Positions 50,750 through 64,000 of a DNA stretch of 64,000 nt are shown piece after piece (within the stretch, counting starts at the first letter, position 1; every line of letters begins with the position of its first letter). The position numbers were made by a program, and so were the translations under genes. The DNA lies in NCBI RefSeq assembly GCF_018350175.1, contig NC_058368.1, positions 59,088,001 through 59,152,000 of the forward strand, read 5' to 3'. The notes under the pieces are model-generated. The model was not told the DNA's origin, made no database searches, and saw only the letters and a list, made by a program, of their open reading frames with translations. Source of the DNA: Felis catus. Taxonomy: Eukaryota.

Positions 50750-51400
50750 AGTTATTAATGTCCAGTAGGAAACTGTGTTCACACATTTTTAAAATATTTT
50801 TTAGTATTTCCTTTTCCTGGTATATGTTTACCTAAGTAGCTATAGGCCACTTTGTGGGAAGAATGGAGAAATCATTATTATATATGCTTGCTATAGTGTT
50901 CCAGCATCTCTCCTTATAGAGAGCCAGGTTTCCTCTCAGTCAAGAAATCTCTTGGCTAAGAACTGGTTCAAATTTGAAAACAGGTTGAGGGATTAGGCCA
51001 ATTTATCAGTGATACTGCCTGCTGCCTCCTAATCATCCATCCTGGATTTACTTTGTGTGTTATATAAGGAATATCCTTTTTGACCATGACTCTTAGCCCT
51101 GAGAGGTCCATGTGCTATAAAATGTTTTCATTGCTCTCCATGGGTCAAGCCTTCCTAACACCCAGTTTTAGAGCTTGGCTCATTACAATAATTGGATTCA
51201 CCTGGCTTCATTTGATTAAGTACCACCACCTGGCCTCCATTATTTTATTAGATCTTATCATGCTTATTACTATCAGGGAACCCAGTTCTGTAACAGCATC
51301 TCTTCTCATCAACCCTTGCTTACAAAAGATAGTCACCACAGAGCAATTTAATGATGCTGGTTCTTCTCTCACCGGTGCATTCCTGTGTCTTCACCTGTCT
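50750..51400 (-). mobile_element. Ancient ERVL internal remnant (gag C-terminal region into pro)
   Basis: Minus-strand translation VREEPASLNCSVVTIFCKQGLMRRDAVTELGSL then, after a frameshift, GGQVVVLNQ; resembles the recalled ERV-L Gag VRGAPASLKSSVVA.LC...ELGSL...GQVAALN. Confidence 0.7.
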
Positions 51401-51748
51401 GTTCTCTGTGAGAGCCAGATGGGTCAAGACAGATGATGGTGTTTATCATAAACACAACAAGGTCTTGTCCTTACTGCTCTACTCTGTAAGATGTGTTGTC
51501 TTCACTGGAACAAATCAATGAACATTATATGCAGCTATTGATTCTATGAATGTATTCTTTTAAATACTCAGCAGGGAGAATCAAAGCAGATTATCTTCCA
51601 GTGGAATAAAAAAGACAGGAGTGCATCACTGTCTCTCTAGATTATATAACTACCTCACTATCTGCCATATTACCTTGCACAGCAATTTTGATTGTATTCA
51701 CATACCAAATAGCAACGTACTGGACCTCTAAATTATAACGGGTTCTGG

Positions 51749-51952
51749 TGGTGCACCTGGGTGGCCCAGTTGGTTAAGTGTCTGACTCTTGATTTCCGCT
51801 CAGGTCATGATATTACAGTTATAACCTCAAGCATCGCGACAGTCTCCACATTGAACATGGAATCTGTTTGGGATTCTCTCTCTATTATTCTCTCTCTGCC
51901 CTTCCCTCCTGCGCATGCTCTTTCTCTCTCTCTCTGTCAAAATAAATAAATA
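51749..51952 (+). mobile_element. Can-SINE (older)
   Basis: CACCTGGGTGGCCCAGTTGGTTAAG...AAAATAAATAAA. Confidence 0.88.
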
Positions 51953-52464
51953 GTGCTTTGAAAAGGCACTAAAAAAAAACCCACAACTGGTTCTAGTGAA
52001 AAAGATTTGTTGCTACCCAGTTGCCTATTAGATATCCTGGATAATCTACAAAGATAAATTCAAAGAGATAAATTTTCAGGGAGTGAAAATAAACTTCATA
52101 AATATTCAGAGAAATTTCAATATACTCACATTTTTATTGGTCCATTGTCTTGGTCATACTGGGAGATCACTTTTAAGTAGGATGACAATACCAACCCCTT
52201 CTGTGCTGGACAGACCCTTTACTTTCAGAATGGATGATAATCTACTTCCATGCTAAAAAGACAAATTGTTGCAAACTGTCACCATTCTCACACAAATATT
52301 TAAATATTGGGACAGATAATCACAAAGTCCCCTCAGAGTATGGCATTCCAATTTTTAAAAGACCTCATTTGCAAGCTAAGAGCTGAGTCATATCAGCAAG
52401 CTAGGAGCCCAAACCCCAAAGGATGCCTGGGAGGAGGTTGCCTTTGTTTTTCAGAAGTTCAGCA

Positions 52465-52665
52465 GGGTACCTGGGTGACTCAGTCCTTTAGGCTCAGGTC
52501 ATGACCTCACTGTTCTTGGGTTCAAGCCCTGCATTAGGCTCTGTGCTGACAGTGGGGAGCCTGGAACCTTCTTGTGAGTCTTTCTCTCTGTCTGCCCCTC
52601 CCCCACTTGTACTCTGTCTCTCTCTCTGTCAAAAATAAATAAAAAATTAAAATAAAATAAAAAAT
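52465..52665 (+). mobile_element. Can-SINE
   Basis: GGGTACCTGGGTGACTCAGTC...GGCTCTGTGCTGACAG...A tail. Confidence 0.88.
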
Positions 52666-52799
52666 ATAATTGCCCCAGCACTTATGGGATGAAGAATTAC
52701 AACTATATAGCATATCAGTTACTATACATTCTCATGTAGAAGAAACAATAGAACTGAATTAGTCCAAAGGGTGTTAAATGCAAGGTCATCATCCTTATA

Positions 52800-53416
52800 T
52801 TTGTTCTTCTGTATGTAATGAGTCTTTTTACTCAGGTTGCTTTTATGATTTTCTCTTTATCATTGATTGTGAGTGTTATGATGTGACTTTGTGTTAGCTA
52901 TTTTCATATTTCTTGTTCTTGGATGTTGTTGAGACTTCGGATGTATGGGTCATGAGATTTTGCTTCCTGGCTAGTAAACAGGCAGCACACCCAGACCTAA
53001 GTGGGTCTTGGAAATGGTATTTCTAATTAATTTGGGGGGTTCTTCCCTAGACTCAAGTAATTTTCTCACAGGTATGTTCTGATTGGTACTCTAATGAATA
53101 ACAAAAGAAGACTCTCTGAAGGTGGTTGGTGGGTGGTGCAGATTCCCTGCATCTCTCTTTTCTCCGTTATTCTGTCCTATCCAGATTACCATTTCCATCT
53201 CCTCCACTCAAGATATCCACTAGGCTTTACTTGAATTTTCTTCCCTGATCTGCATTCAGTAAATTCTCTCAGGGCAGTAAGTTTGAGTGAGTATAGGTCT
53301 CATCTTGTTTGCTTCCTGTGTCTTTAAGATCACTGATCTTCTTAGTTATTTTTGGTCGTTATGCAAGGCAGAGTAAATGTGGGTTCTGTTACTCCATCTT
53401 GGCAGGGAGCAGAAGT
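52800..53416 (-). mobile_element. Ancient L1M 5'/ORF1 fragments
   Basis: TTTATGATTTTCTCTTTATCATTG; CTGTTACTCCATCTTGGCAGGGAGCAGAAGT. Confidence 0.6.
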
Positions 53417-53499
53417 GTGTGGGTTCATAAGTGAAACACTGTTGCATTTCAGAGTCCTGCCATTTTTCCATATCCCAAATCCAAGACTGCTGGAATATT

Positions 53500-53880
53500 T
53501 GCTAAGCTTCTTATTTTTCCAGTGTGTTGTAAGGGTTAATTCCACCTGGCCTAGATTAAGGCTGAGCTGTTTTATTGAAATGTGATATGTATCTCTGTGC
53601 CACTGACCCTTGGAGAAGACATACAATTTTCTGATTAATAGTGTGTTTTGTAACCATGGGTCTGAAGATATATGGAGTGGTTTATACCAGCTTGTCAGTA
53701 TTTTTATGGATAACAGTGAGATTGATGATTTGCACCTGTCCTCAGTGAGAACTCCATAGGGCTCTGCCATTGAAGCTTCATTACATAGCAAAAATATACC
53801 TTCTAAACTAGCAGGATATTAGGAATTCTGGATGAAACTCTATTTTGGACTCTGTGGTTCTAAGTTGTTCCATCAGTATC
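53500..53880 (-). mobile_element. Highly decayed LTR-retroelement integrase core remnant (class III/ERVL-like)
   Basis: Across minus-strand frames: GANHQS, KILTSWYKPLHISSDP (cf. P..ISSDQG), YISH and RWN*PLQH (cf. ERWNGLLK), in the expected order. Confidence 0.45.
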
Positions 53881-54235
53881 AGTTCTCCATCCAAGAGAGA
53901 AAACTCTTTCAGCATGGTTTGTACAAAGGAAGAAATGGGATTTGCACCTGGATTTTGCTTACCTTTTTAAGTTGGAGGCCAACTTTGGCTGTTTTGCATA
54001 CGCTTGCTATTTGTATCATTTTTCAGTAATAAACTATACATGAACATTTTTATTTTGAGTATAGGAGTTTTCTTTTTGCTTTTCTTTTGTTTTCTTTGAC
54101 ATAGATCTATTGATTTCTGGGAGATTCATACTCGTTATACTTTAATTAATATTTGGAAAAGCCTTGAGAGAAAATGGCATTCAGTATTTTAGGGTACCAC
54201 CATAAGACACTTTCTCCTCTTTAAATCCAAGTCTC

Positions 54236-54460
54236 GGGGCGCCTGGGTGGCGCAGTCGGTTAAGCGTCCGACTTCAAGCCAGGTCATGATCTCGCGGTCC
54301 GTGAGTTCGAGCCCCGCGTCAGGCTCTGGGCTGATGGCTCCGAGCCTGGAGCCTGCTTCCGATTCTGTGTCTCCCTCTCTCTCTGCCCCTCCCCCGTTCA
54401 TGCTCTGTCTCTCTCTGTCCCAAAAATAAATAAACGTTGAAAAAAAATTAAAAACAAAAA
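54236..54460 (+). mobile_element. Young felid Can-SINE
   Basis: TSD TAAATCCAAGTCTC; CpGs retained. Confidence 0.95.
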
Positions 54461-54924
54461 TAAATCCAAGTCTCCATGGAAACCGGGAACCCCTTATTCT
54501 GTATCCTCAGCTCATAAAGAATGCTACAAACTCCCTGCTGCTCTTTTTTGGCTCCTTCTACATTTCCTTTATCCATGAAACAACAAATGAACCAAAAAAG
54601 AAAAAAGAAGAAGAAGAGGAAGAAGAAGAAGAAAAGAAAAAGAAGAACAGGAAGTAAACGCACTGCTCTCATTTGTGTGCCCTCTTATCTCAGGTATTTT
54701 GGATCTTCAACCTGCCTATCCTAGTTGTTCTTCAATGAATTCTAACAGCTTTTCATGTATTTTTTTAAATATATCTTTGTGGTTTTTCCTAGTGTAAGGA
54801 TTGGTCTGATATGGTGTTTAATCTAACCAATTACTGCAATTGAACACCTGAGTTACATTTTGACATCATGCATATTGGACTGAAGTTACATACCTACCAC
54901 TTTATTTTAATGTGCGTTTCTAGT

Positions 54925-55134
54925 TCTGCACTATGTGATATGGTGTCCATTAACCAATAGGTGGATTTAAATTTAAATCTGAAGTAATTAAAATTAACTT
55001 TAATTCCTCCATTAAATGAAATTTCTTAAATTAAATTTGATTCCTCAATTGCATTCACTACCTGCGGCAAGTGGTTACTTATTGGATAGTGCGAAACACT
55101 TCCATCACCACTGAAAGTTCAATTTGACAGTTCT
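54925..55134 (-). mobile_element. MER3-like hAT-Charlie element
   Basis: ATTTAAATTTAAAT core; TATTGGATAGTGC...TTCCATCACCACTGAAAGTTC...GACAGTTCTG. Confidence 0.7.
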
Positions 55135-55718
55135 GGACAATCTACATCAGACTTGTCAAAATTACAGCGTCAAAATTTTTTTCTAACTTTGGTAATCACA
55201 TTCAGTCTAACAATTCATTCCGAAGTAAAATAATGTAGAGAGAGAGAAAGTACTCAGAATGCTGTGAACACACTATTCCAGACCCACCTCTTTAAACCAA
55301 ACGAGGAGGACTTAAAAACATTATCTCATTATCCATGGAACTTCTATTAGCTACATGGCCCCAAAGCTCAAAGCTAAATTACATGATGTTCATGTAGATT
55401 TGCTACCTTATGGTAATCTACACCTCTAGGGGCAATTGCAGCATGTACCTTAACTCCACATTAACTCTGTTCCCTTGAGGCCTGAAGCTTTCCATAGTCT
55501 AGAAACTCAAACATTTCCAGCTATTCTTGTGGCCAATCAGGTGGAGGTGGATCCTTGACTGAAGGTGGATCAAAGACCATGAGATTTCCAATTAATGAGC
55601 CTACTCAGGTTCCTCTTCTCACATAAAATATATTCAGAGAAACTTATTATCTATCTTTCATTGCCTGAGCTACAGTCCAAAAGTCATTTTATGCATCATT
55701 TCCACTTTTCATTTATAG

Positions 55719-55720
<2 letters not shown>

Positions 55721-55756
<36 letters not shown>

Positions 55757-55885
55757 CACACACACACACACCTATATATATACATATATATGTGTACATA
55801 ACATATATACATATATATAACATATACATATGTGTGTATATCATAGCAATATATGTACATATATGTGTACATAATATATATAACA
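55721..55885. repeat. (AC)n followed by TA/CA low-complexity tract
   Basis: Read directly. Confidence 0.9.
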
Positions 55886-55942
55886 CAACAGCAATATATC
55901 ATAGAAAAATAGATATTAGATTTAACTCCACAATATATCTTT

Positions 55943-56166
55943 TATTTTTTTTTAATTTTTTTTCAACGTTTATTTATTTTTGGGACAGAGAGAGACAGAG
56001 CATGAACGGGGGAGGGGCAGAGAGAGAGGGAGACACAGAATCGGAAACAGGCTCCAGGCTCTGAGCCATCAGCCCAGAGCCTGACGTGGGGCTCGAACTC
56101 ACGGACCAAGAGATCGTGACCTGGCTGAAGTCGGATGCTTAACCAACTGCGCCACCCAGGCGCCCC
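55943..56166 (-). mobile_element. Young felid Can-SINE
   Basis: TSD ATATCTTTTA; CTGCGCCACCCAGGCGCCCC. Confidence 0.95.
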
Positions 56167-57485
56167 TATATCTTTTAAAAATTAATTTTATCTACCTTAA
56201 ATTTCACTGCTTTTGGTCCAGAGCAAAGTTAATCAAGTCTTGTTTACTGTACAGTTTCACTATCAAAAGCATGATGATTATGAACCATTGGCATACAATG
56301 GCATAAATTATTCAACTATTTTATATTTCTTTTCGAGATTTTCTCCCTTGCCCTACTATCATTTTCTAGGAGTCTTCCTATTTCTGAACTTTTGGTGCAT
56401 AATTAAATGATTTCCTGATACTGGGTTTCCATATTTTGTAGGTTCAACCTGTTTGTATTTCTGTGATCTCTCTTGATGCTTGGCTGTGAATTAGATTTGT
56501 TATCTGTTTAATGTTTAAACTCCCCCTGAAGGCTATTTGAGTGGGTGCGGTAGGCTACAGAAAGAACAGTTACAATCTTGAAATTTTATCATATGTTTTG
56601 CACTGAGGTATTTCCTTCTTATACTTTGACAATTATAGCTGGCTTTGGATTTTAAAAATATTATTCTTTGTATCTTCTGTATAAATTACTATGTTGCTTG
56701 TTCCATATCATAAACCATATTTAATTAATGGAGTTATTCATTCACTGCCTTAAACCAACAATCGAACATAAAATATTCATATTTTTCACATTAAAAATTT
56801 GTCATTTTATTCCCTTTCATTTTAATTGCTTCTTGTTCACAATATAATGTTATTACCTATATTGAACATAAACATAAATAACGTATTTTCTATTTGAGGC
56901 ATGCAATTCTCTTTGCTTCCAAAACAGAGTGGTTTCTCCTTTTCCTCCTTCTCCTCCTCCTACTCCTTATCTTCATGTCAGTCTCCTCTCTATCTATTTC
57001 TCTCTTTTCCTTTTTATTGGCTTAGTTTTGTTTTACAGTGTGGGATAACACTAGGAATCCAGGGTAGTTTCTAAACAACATTATGATATCTATGTTATAC
57101 TTTATTTTTTATTTGTAAAATGAAATACTTTTACTATTTGTGTAATTGTTTTTTATTTATCAAGCTAAGTTATTATTATTGTCATTTCTCTTTGAGTGCA
57201 ACTGTTCTCATCATTCATGTTCATTTTTCAACACACATATTTTTATGTGCCAGCACACCCAATGTTGTGGAATTATTTTTAGGAAATACACTTTATTCTG
57301 ATATATTCTTTTTTTGAAATGAACAAATGAAAAAGTGAAGCACATGAGTTATAAGCCAAGAAGTATTCCCAAGAGGACAATACACAGCCTTTATGAATAT
57401 GAAATCTATGTTTTCAAACAAAATTATATTATTGACTTAAATATTTTTCACATTGATTGTCTAGTCTACCATATATTTTTATATC

Positions 57486-57856
57486 TGCTGTGCTTTGAAT
57501 ATTTGTATCCATCCCCACCCCCCTCCCATCAGTTTATTGAAATTCTAATGCCTAATGTGCTAGTATTGAGAGGTGGGGTCTTGGGAGGTACTTAGGTCAT
57601 GAATGTCAAGCTCTCACGAATGAATGAGATTAGCTTTCTTAAAAGAGAGGCCCCACAGAGATCCCTGGATCATCTATTATGTAAGGATACAGGGAGAAAG
57701 TACAGTCTATGAACCAGAAAGAAGGCCTTTACCAGAATCTAATAATCATACAAGCCATTTTGGACTTTCCAGTCTCCATCAATGTGAGAAATAAATTTCT
57801 GTTGTTTTAAGCCTCTCAGTCTGTGGTAGTTTCTTATAGCAGTCTGAACAAAGACA
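57486..57856 (+). mobile_element. MLT1A-like solo LTR
   Basis: TG...GTATTGAGAGGTGGGGTC...TAGGTCATGA...TGTGAGAAATAAATTTCTGTTGTTTTAAGCC...TTATAGCAG...AAGACA. Confidence 0.85.
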
Positions 57857-58736
57857 AATATCTGATCACATATCAGAATATTAATGTTGATATACTTTTG
57901 TCATTGTGTAAAATTACAGATATATTTCCTGATGTGTTTATCTCTAGGTAAGTAAATAGAAAAGTTATTTTCTTCAGGCTCAGCGATGAATCTTTATAAA
58001 ATAATTGCTTCAATAATCAATGTTAACACAAAATAAGTTTCATTTTTAGAAATTAATGGTTAGATTTGAGAACACTGAAATTATTCAGTTATTATGGAAA
58101 TTTTAAAAAAGCAGCTTATATATGATCTCTTGCACATTTTGATCATGATAGTCTTGGTTGTAAAAATCTTTCAGAAATTATCCTTAATGAGTAAGAAAAC
58201 TAGCCAACAATTAAACTGAACTTAATGGCTGCCATAAAGATGGACAGATGCTACATTAATTTGTCATCTGTGCATTAGTAGAATCATTTAATTACCAATG
58301 AATGGTAAGATTTTTCACTGCACAATTCTGAGAATGAGTGATACTTGACTAGAAAATTGTGTGGCAAGTATTATGGAATAAAATGCTTAAGGTTCACACA
58401 TTTTAAAAAAAAAGTGAAGTCTGAGCAGAATAATGTTTTCTATCATCACATGCTTGGTCAAACAAAAGTTAAAGAGCAAAAATTTTATTTTCAGATACAT
58501 TGGTAAGTAGCACTTCTTTGCAGAAACAGTTTCTAAGTGTAGATTTCTATAACAATAACAGTTCTCTATGCTTTTTGTTAAATTATCCAATTTCTGTCTA
58601 AATGGATAGCATTTATAAAAGGTTCAGAAATAAAATAAACTTTAAAAATACTAATAACTTGACCTTATATATTTAAATTCAGTTGTTTTATAATGGACTT
58701 TTAAAGAAATTGTTAGTTCTAATATTTAAATGTATA

Positions 58737-58777
58737 TGTGTGTGTGTGTGTCTGTGTGTGTGTGTGTGTGTGTGTGT
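58737..58777. repeat. (TG)n microsatellite
   Basis: Read directly, one TC interruption. Confidence 0.9.
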
Positions 58778-59611
58778 CCCAAATCTCTAACCACTATGCA
58801 GCGGAATCATTAGTTCATATGACTGAATCTGACTGACCTGATGGTAAGTGTGTTTATTAGTGGCTTCTGCACAAAGTCTTTGTATTATAGTAGACAATAA
58901 CATTGACCTCTACCAAAATATTATTTTGGTTGCTATAATTTGCACCCACTTTTGACTTTCTTGACTTGTGAGATAAGGAAAGGTAGATTTCTCCTCCATG
59001 ATTGCAAAGACTGTAGCCAATAATGGAAAAATTCCGCCTAGGAGAGTGTATTAATCAAAACTGCTGGATTTTTCCCCCTACAATTAGTATAGAGTTCTTA
59101 CAATTAAATACCACATGTAATTCTGAAAATTAACAGATTAGATAAAGACCTAATCGGAGTTCTTTTTCAGGTCAATATTAAATATCAGGCATCAGGATAC
59201 ATATTGTAATAAATTCTATGTTCTAATTGTATTCTATGGTTACTATAACTTATTAGAAAAGGAATTTCACTCTTAATTTAATGCATTATTTTAACGCATG
59301 ATAGTTTACCAGTTTATCCATTCATCTCTGAGTATTAAAAATCGCAAAAACTAAGGAACATGCATTCAAAGAATGCAAACCTGTAATAATGAATTAAACG
59401 ATATTACTGATGGCTTTTTCTTTACCTTCCAGTAACTGAAGAGATATCTTTGCTCTTTAAATCTTAAAATTTGCTACTATTGATATATATATTAACATAC
59501 TAGAATTTTATTTGAAATCAATCTTATGATAAAGATTATTTTGAGTCATAAAGGATTCTGGTGAACAAACGAAATACTATGTTTTTTCATAAGAGATAAA
59601 ACTACTATTAT

Positions 59612-59837
59612 TCTTTAAAATATTTTTTAATGTTTATTTCTTTGTGTGTATGAGAAAGAGAGAGAGAGACAGCGTGAACAGGGGAGGGCCAGAGAGAGAG
59701 GGAGACACAATCCAAAGTATGCTCCAGGATCTAAGCTGTCAGCACAGAGCCTGACATCAGGCTTGAACTCATGAGCCGTGAGATCATGTCCTGAGCTGAA
59801 GTCAAACACTCAACCGACTGAGCCACCCAGTTGCCCC
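59612..59837 (-). mobile_element. Can-SINE
   Basis: CTCAACCGACTGAGCCACCCAGTTGCCCC; TSD-like AAACTACT(T)ATTATT. Confidence 0.9.
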
Positions 59838-60840
59838 TAAACTACTTATTATTAAACTGAGATTTCCAGATATATAGATGATCATTGAAATCATGAAATA
59901 AAATTATTTTTAAATTCAAAATATTTCTTTATAATATATATTTTTGAGTTCTAAGTACTAGGAAATGTTTCCAGTAACAAATGCTCAACTTTATGCCTGT
60001 TTCTTAAAATTCCTACTTGTTTTATCCACATTATTCACCTTATTATTAGTCAATCAATATAACTAGAATTTTATTAGAAATAATCATTTAAAGTGTAAAT
60101 TTCCATTACAGGGGTATATTGAAAACAAACACAATTGGGAATAATTAGAAGAAAATATATTACATGATAATTAATAATTCCTTTAAATGTTATTAGATCA
60201 GCTAGCATATTGTGCCAGGATGAATGTAAAAATCTCATTTCCCCAACCTCATATAAGATTTATCTTTGCCTTTCATCTGACATTTATCAATTAAGATTTT
60301 CCATGTAAGCTGAAAAGTGGGAAAAATAAAATACTCTCACTCTTTTCAAACTCAGTAACTCAAATTCTGAAACTAGACAGCCAATTTTACTTCTCAATAG
60401 CCTATTGATGACTTAACTGCTAGCTGAAAAATAAAGTCACCCAAAGTTCTATCATCCACTGAGAAATTTGATTATTTGAAAGTAGGAAATAATCACAGAT
60501 TATTGCAAAATTCAATATCTAAACCCATATATCAATGCACTGCTCACATGCTATTTCTATAAAACATTCTTACAATGTGATTGTGAGATATCCCAACCTG
60601 AATTATGCTTTGCATTAAAGAATGAAATCTGGGTGAGTCAATGGATTTCTGACTTGGGACAAGATTTTTGTTCATAAATAGGAATGGAAGTTTCATTCAA
60701 TATTAGCAAAATTTTAAAGTTTTGGGGTTTTAAAATAAGCCTAATTTATTCTTTTTTTATAATTAAAATTCTTACTGTGCCCTTGGCATATAATATTAGC
60801 ATATAAAATATTTATGCTCACTTAAGAATTGACAGTTACT

Positions 60841-61085
60841 GGGGTGCCTGGGTGGCTTAGCTGGTTAAGCATCTGATTTTTGATTTTGGCTCATGTCGTC
60901 ATCTCGCAGTTCCTGAGATGGAGCCCTGTGTATGGGTCTGCACTAACAGTGAGGAGTCTGCTTGGGATTCTTTCTCTCCCTCTCTCTCTTCCCCTCCCCC
61001 ACTTGTGCAAGCTCTCTGTCTCTGTCTGTCTCTGTCTCTCTCTCTCAAAATAAATAAACATTAAAAAATAAAATATATAAAAAAA
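60841..61085 (+). mobile_element. Can-SINE
   Basis: TSD TGACAG(T/A)TACT. Confidence 0.9.
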
Positions 61086-61784
61086 TGACAGATACTATCT
61101 TGAGCTTTTCACACATTAGAGAAACTGATGAACTTGTTCCAGTTTTAAGTGTTGTATGACATGATTGAATAAACATTGACTATGAGTTTTGTTTACTTGA
61201 ATTTGTGGTCTATCTTCACTACATATACTTTGTCCTAGAAAATTACCAATTAACATTGACAAGTTTGAAATTTCATTCATTATGTATATTTACTGTCCTT
61301 AGCTCATAAAGTTTTAATTACAAACTTTTTATTGCCAAATATGCTAACATATTAGAAATGAATTTGCAAACTATATGGTTTCTCAGTTTCCAACTCAAAC
61401 TTTTCCTTTGCCAAATGGCTTATTTTAGTCTTTGTCATTAGGAGTTGCTAGAAGCAGACTAGAAAGCTGGACTAGAAGAAGGAAATTTGTTCTATTTACT
61501 GTCTTTTCTTGCTAATGTTATTTCATCTCAAGTTCTTTATCCAGTAGCGGCAGTGGGTTCCAGCTGGCAGACTCTCTACCTTAATGGGACCACTCTTCAG
61601 TGTCCTCTCCTCATGGCCCTTAATCCTAGCCCTGCAGGGCCTGATCTCTGAGCTCTGAATAAACATCTTGAGGGCTCCAGAGGTCTGAACCACAGCAGTC
61701 GACCCTCCTTAGAAGTCTGGGTTGTACTTCCATAGAGACACTATTTCAAGTTCTTTGTGTATTTGCTAAATAATATCTCTTCCT

Positions 61785-62016
61785 GAGGTAGCTGGGTGTC
61801 TCAGTTGGTTAAGCCTTCGACTCTTGGTTTTGGCTCAAGTCATGATCTCACAGCTCCGTGGGTTAAAGCCCGCATCAGGCTCTGTGCCAGCAGTGTGGAT
61901 CCTGCTTGGGATTCTCTCTCTCACCCTGTAACTCTCTGACCCTCTCTGACTTGCACTGTCTCTGTCTTTCTGTCTCAAAACAAACAAACAAACAAACAAA
62001 CCTTAAAAAATAATAG
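61785..62016 (+). mobile_element. Can-SINE with (CAAA)n tail
   Basis: TSD TAATATCTCTTCCT. Confidence 0.9.
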
Positions 62017-62947
62017 TAATATCTCTTCCTCAAAAGTCTGATTATCATCTGAATAGAGACTTTCTTCCAAAATCAACTTTTAGAATTCCAGTCTGTTCCC
62101 ATTATTATGCCAGCCTTAGTGATATCTATTTTCTGCAATCACTGCCTCTCTGATCTGTCAGTACTTCCTATTTTGACATACATTTCTCTAATATTCTGTT
62201 GAAATAATTGTTTGTTTCCTGACTAGAGGTGATTAATACAGTAATAACTACCAGGATGAGGATATAGTCATTAAGATTATCATTTGTGTCTTTATAGATT
62301 TAACTAAGCATAATACTAACAATAAAACTATGATGTTGAATATTGAACAATATCTTATAAGATTATTATGTATAATATATATCATATAGAGAATAATAAT
62401 GCATTGGTTTATGTTCAAGTAATGTAATTACTTGAACAATATTTACTTCTCTATATTTTTTGTGACCTTCATTTCAAACATCTGGTAAAAGAGGTTTATT
62501 TGTTTTACTATGATTCCTACATTCAATAGTAACTAATCCTTGACAATATAGATTTATAAACATTTGCCATTCAAAGCAAAAGTCAAATAGAATAGCCTTA
62601 GTTTTTTTTTAATGCCTAGATTGTATTTTATTGTATGGCTTGTATAATTATATATGTAGTTTTACTAGTAGGCATAGAGGCCTTTAAAGTTGTTTCATGT
62701 AAATTATTAATTTTTCCATTCTTCTAATATCCTCTGTGATTGAGCAATTGACATTCTTGTTACATCTAAAGATTAAAATAATGAATACTTAAGAATAAAA
62801 TTTTATAATTTTATGTATGTCATATAATTAAATTATTTTAAACAATATATGCATTGAAATATGTGCTTGGAAAAATATATCAGATGCTGAGGCTATTTAG
62901 TAATTTTTGAAGGAATTAGGGGTTATTTGTTCATATATTATTCTACA

Positions 62948-63155
62948 TTTTAAAGTTTATTTATTTATTTTGAGAATTGAGAAAGAGAGAAGGCACACAT
63001 GTGCCAGTGAGTGGGGAGGGGCAGAAAGAGAGGGAGAGAGAGAATGTCAAGCAGTGCAGAGCCTGACAAAGGGCTTGATCTCACCAACCATGAGATCATG
63101 ACCTGAGTCAAAATCAAGAGTCAGATGCTTAAACAACTGAACCACTTAAGTGCCC
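62948..63155 (-). mobile_element. Can-SINE
   Basis: GAGATCATGACCTGAGTCAAAATCAAGAGTCAGATGCTTAA. Confidence 0.88.
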
Positions 63156-64000
63156 ATATGTTTTGTGATATTCCATAACAAATCTATGATTTTAATCATT
63201 ATATATTTGCTGGATTGATTAACAAAAAATAACTATAGCTTTATAATACACAAATGATTTTTGGTTTTAGAAATTGCTAGAATGTCTCTCCTTGTAGTTT
63301 CTTTTTTCTCAGCCTACATTTTTTTTTTTTTTTGCCTAATACTTGCCTTTTATGATTTATTGTTACCACCTAGGGCTTTCTTCTCATTATCACTCCATTC
63401 TTAAAGAACTGGAATTTTTTAAGGGGCTTTCGGGAGCTTTGACTCCCATCACTGAACTGTCATATATTTGGCAGAGTAGGAGTAAGAGATTTGGGGCTGT
63501 GAAAAAGAAATTGAGGCAAGAATAAAATGGCTTATTCTAACCTACTAGTGTAAACTTCCTAGCTAAATTTTCCATTTATATTTATTCTTATGTGCCTTAA
63601 AAGATCGACTAAATGTAAATTATAGATAGTATACTGTGTAGAAAATGTTGAAGGCAACCAGATATTTATCTGCACCTCTTATATCTGAGGATCAATTTAT
63701 TACTCACTGTGGTATCCTTAGGGTTTCCATAGACGTTGACTCTTCTCCAGGCATATGGTGGGACTATATTTTTGCATTGATTTGAAATTTGTGGTCATAT
63801 TTTTTTTTATTTCTTGTGCTTTTTTGTATTTATGTGAATGAATTGTCAGCAAAAATGACAGTGTCATTTCTAGGTTTAAGAGTAATATTGTTAAAAAAAA
63901 AAGTAACATTGTAATTCACCATGATATCTTTCCAGTCCCTGCTATCAGTATCACTGTGACCCCTGATAGTGACCAGCAGCTAATAGACTGTGTTAATTAT

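Noticed and set aside
51080..51436. 118-aa ORF
   Set aside because: Lies antisense to the ERVL gag remnant

Overview
AT-rich, CpG-poor mammalian genomic DNA from a carnivore, most likely a felid: the young tRNA-derived Can-SINEs resemble SINEC_Fc and the L1 3' ends resemble carnivore/felid L1. I recognise no intact host protein-coding gene; nearly all listed ORFs are L1 ORF2 fragments, their antisense frames, SINE read-throughs or low-complexity sequence. The window holds about 30 Can-SINEs, three fairly young truncated L1 copies (A 2697-4579 -, B 8654-11656 +, C 42221-44264 - with a twin-priming inversion), many old L1 pieces, MaLR/ERVL remnants, DNA transposon fossils and a tailless U2 snRNA retrocopy. 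The most notable signal is apparent sequence transfer between neighbouring L1s. 1248 bp of L1-A appear to be an exact inverted copy of L1-B, in homologous register at one end and fused into half a SINE at the other. L1-C carries a ~360 bp patch that is unusually similar to L1-B and ends at a small tandem expansion. Repeat family names come from recalled consensus sequences and mismatch counts were made by eye; both need computational confirmation.
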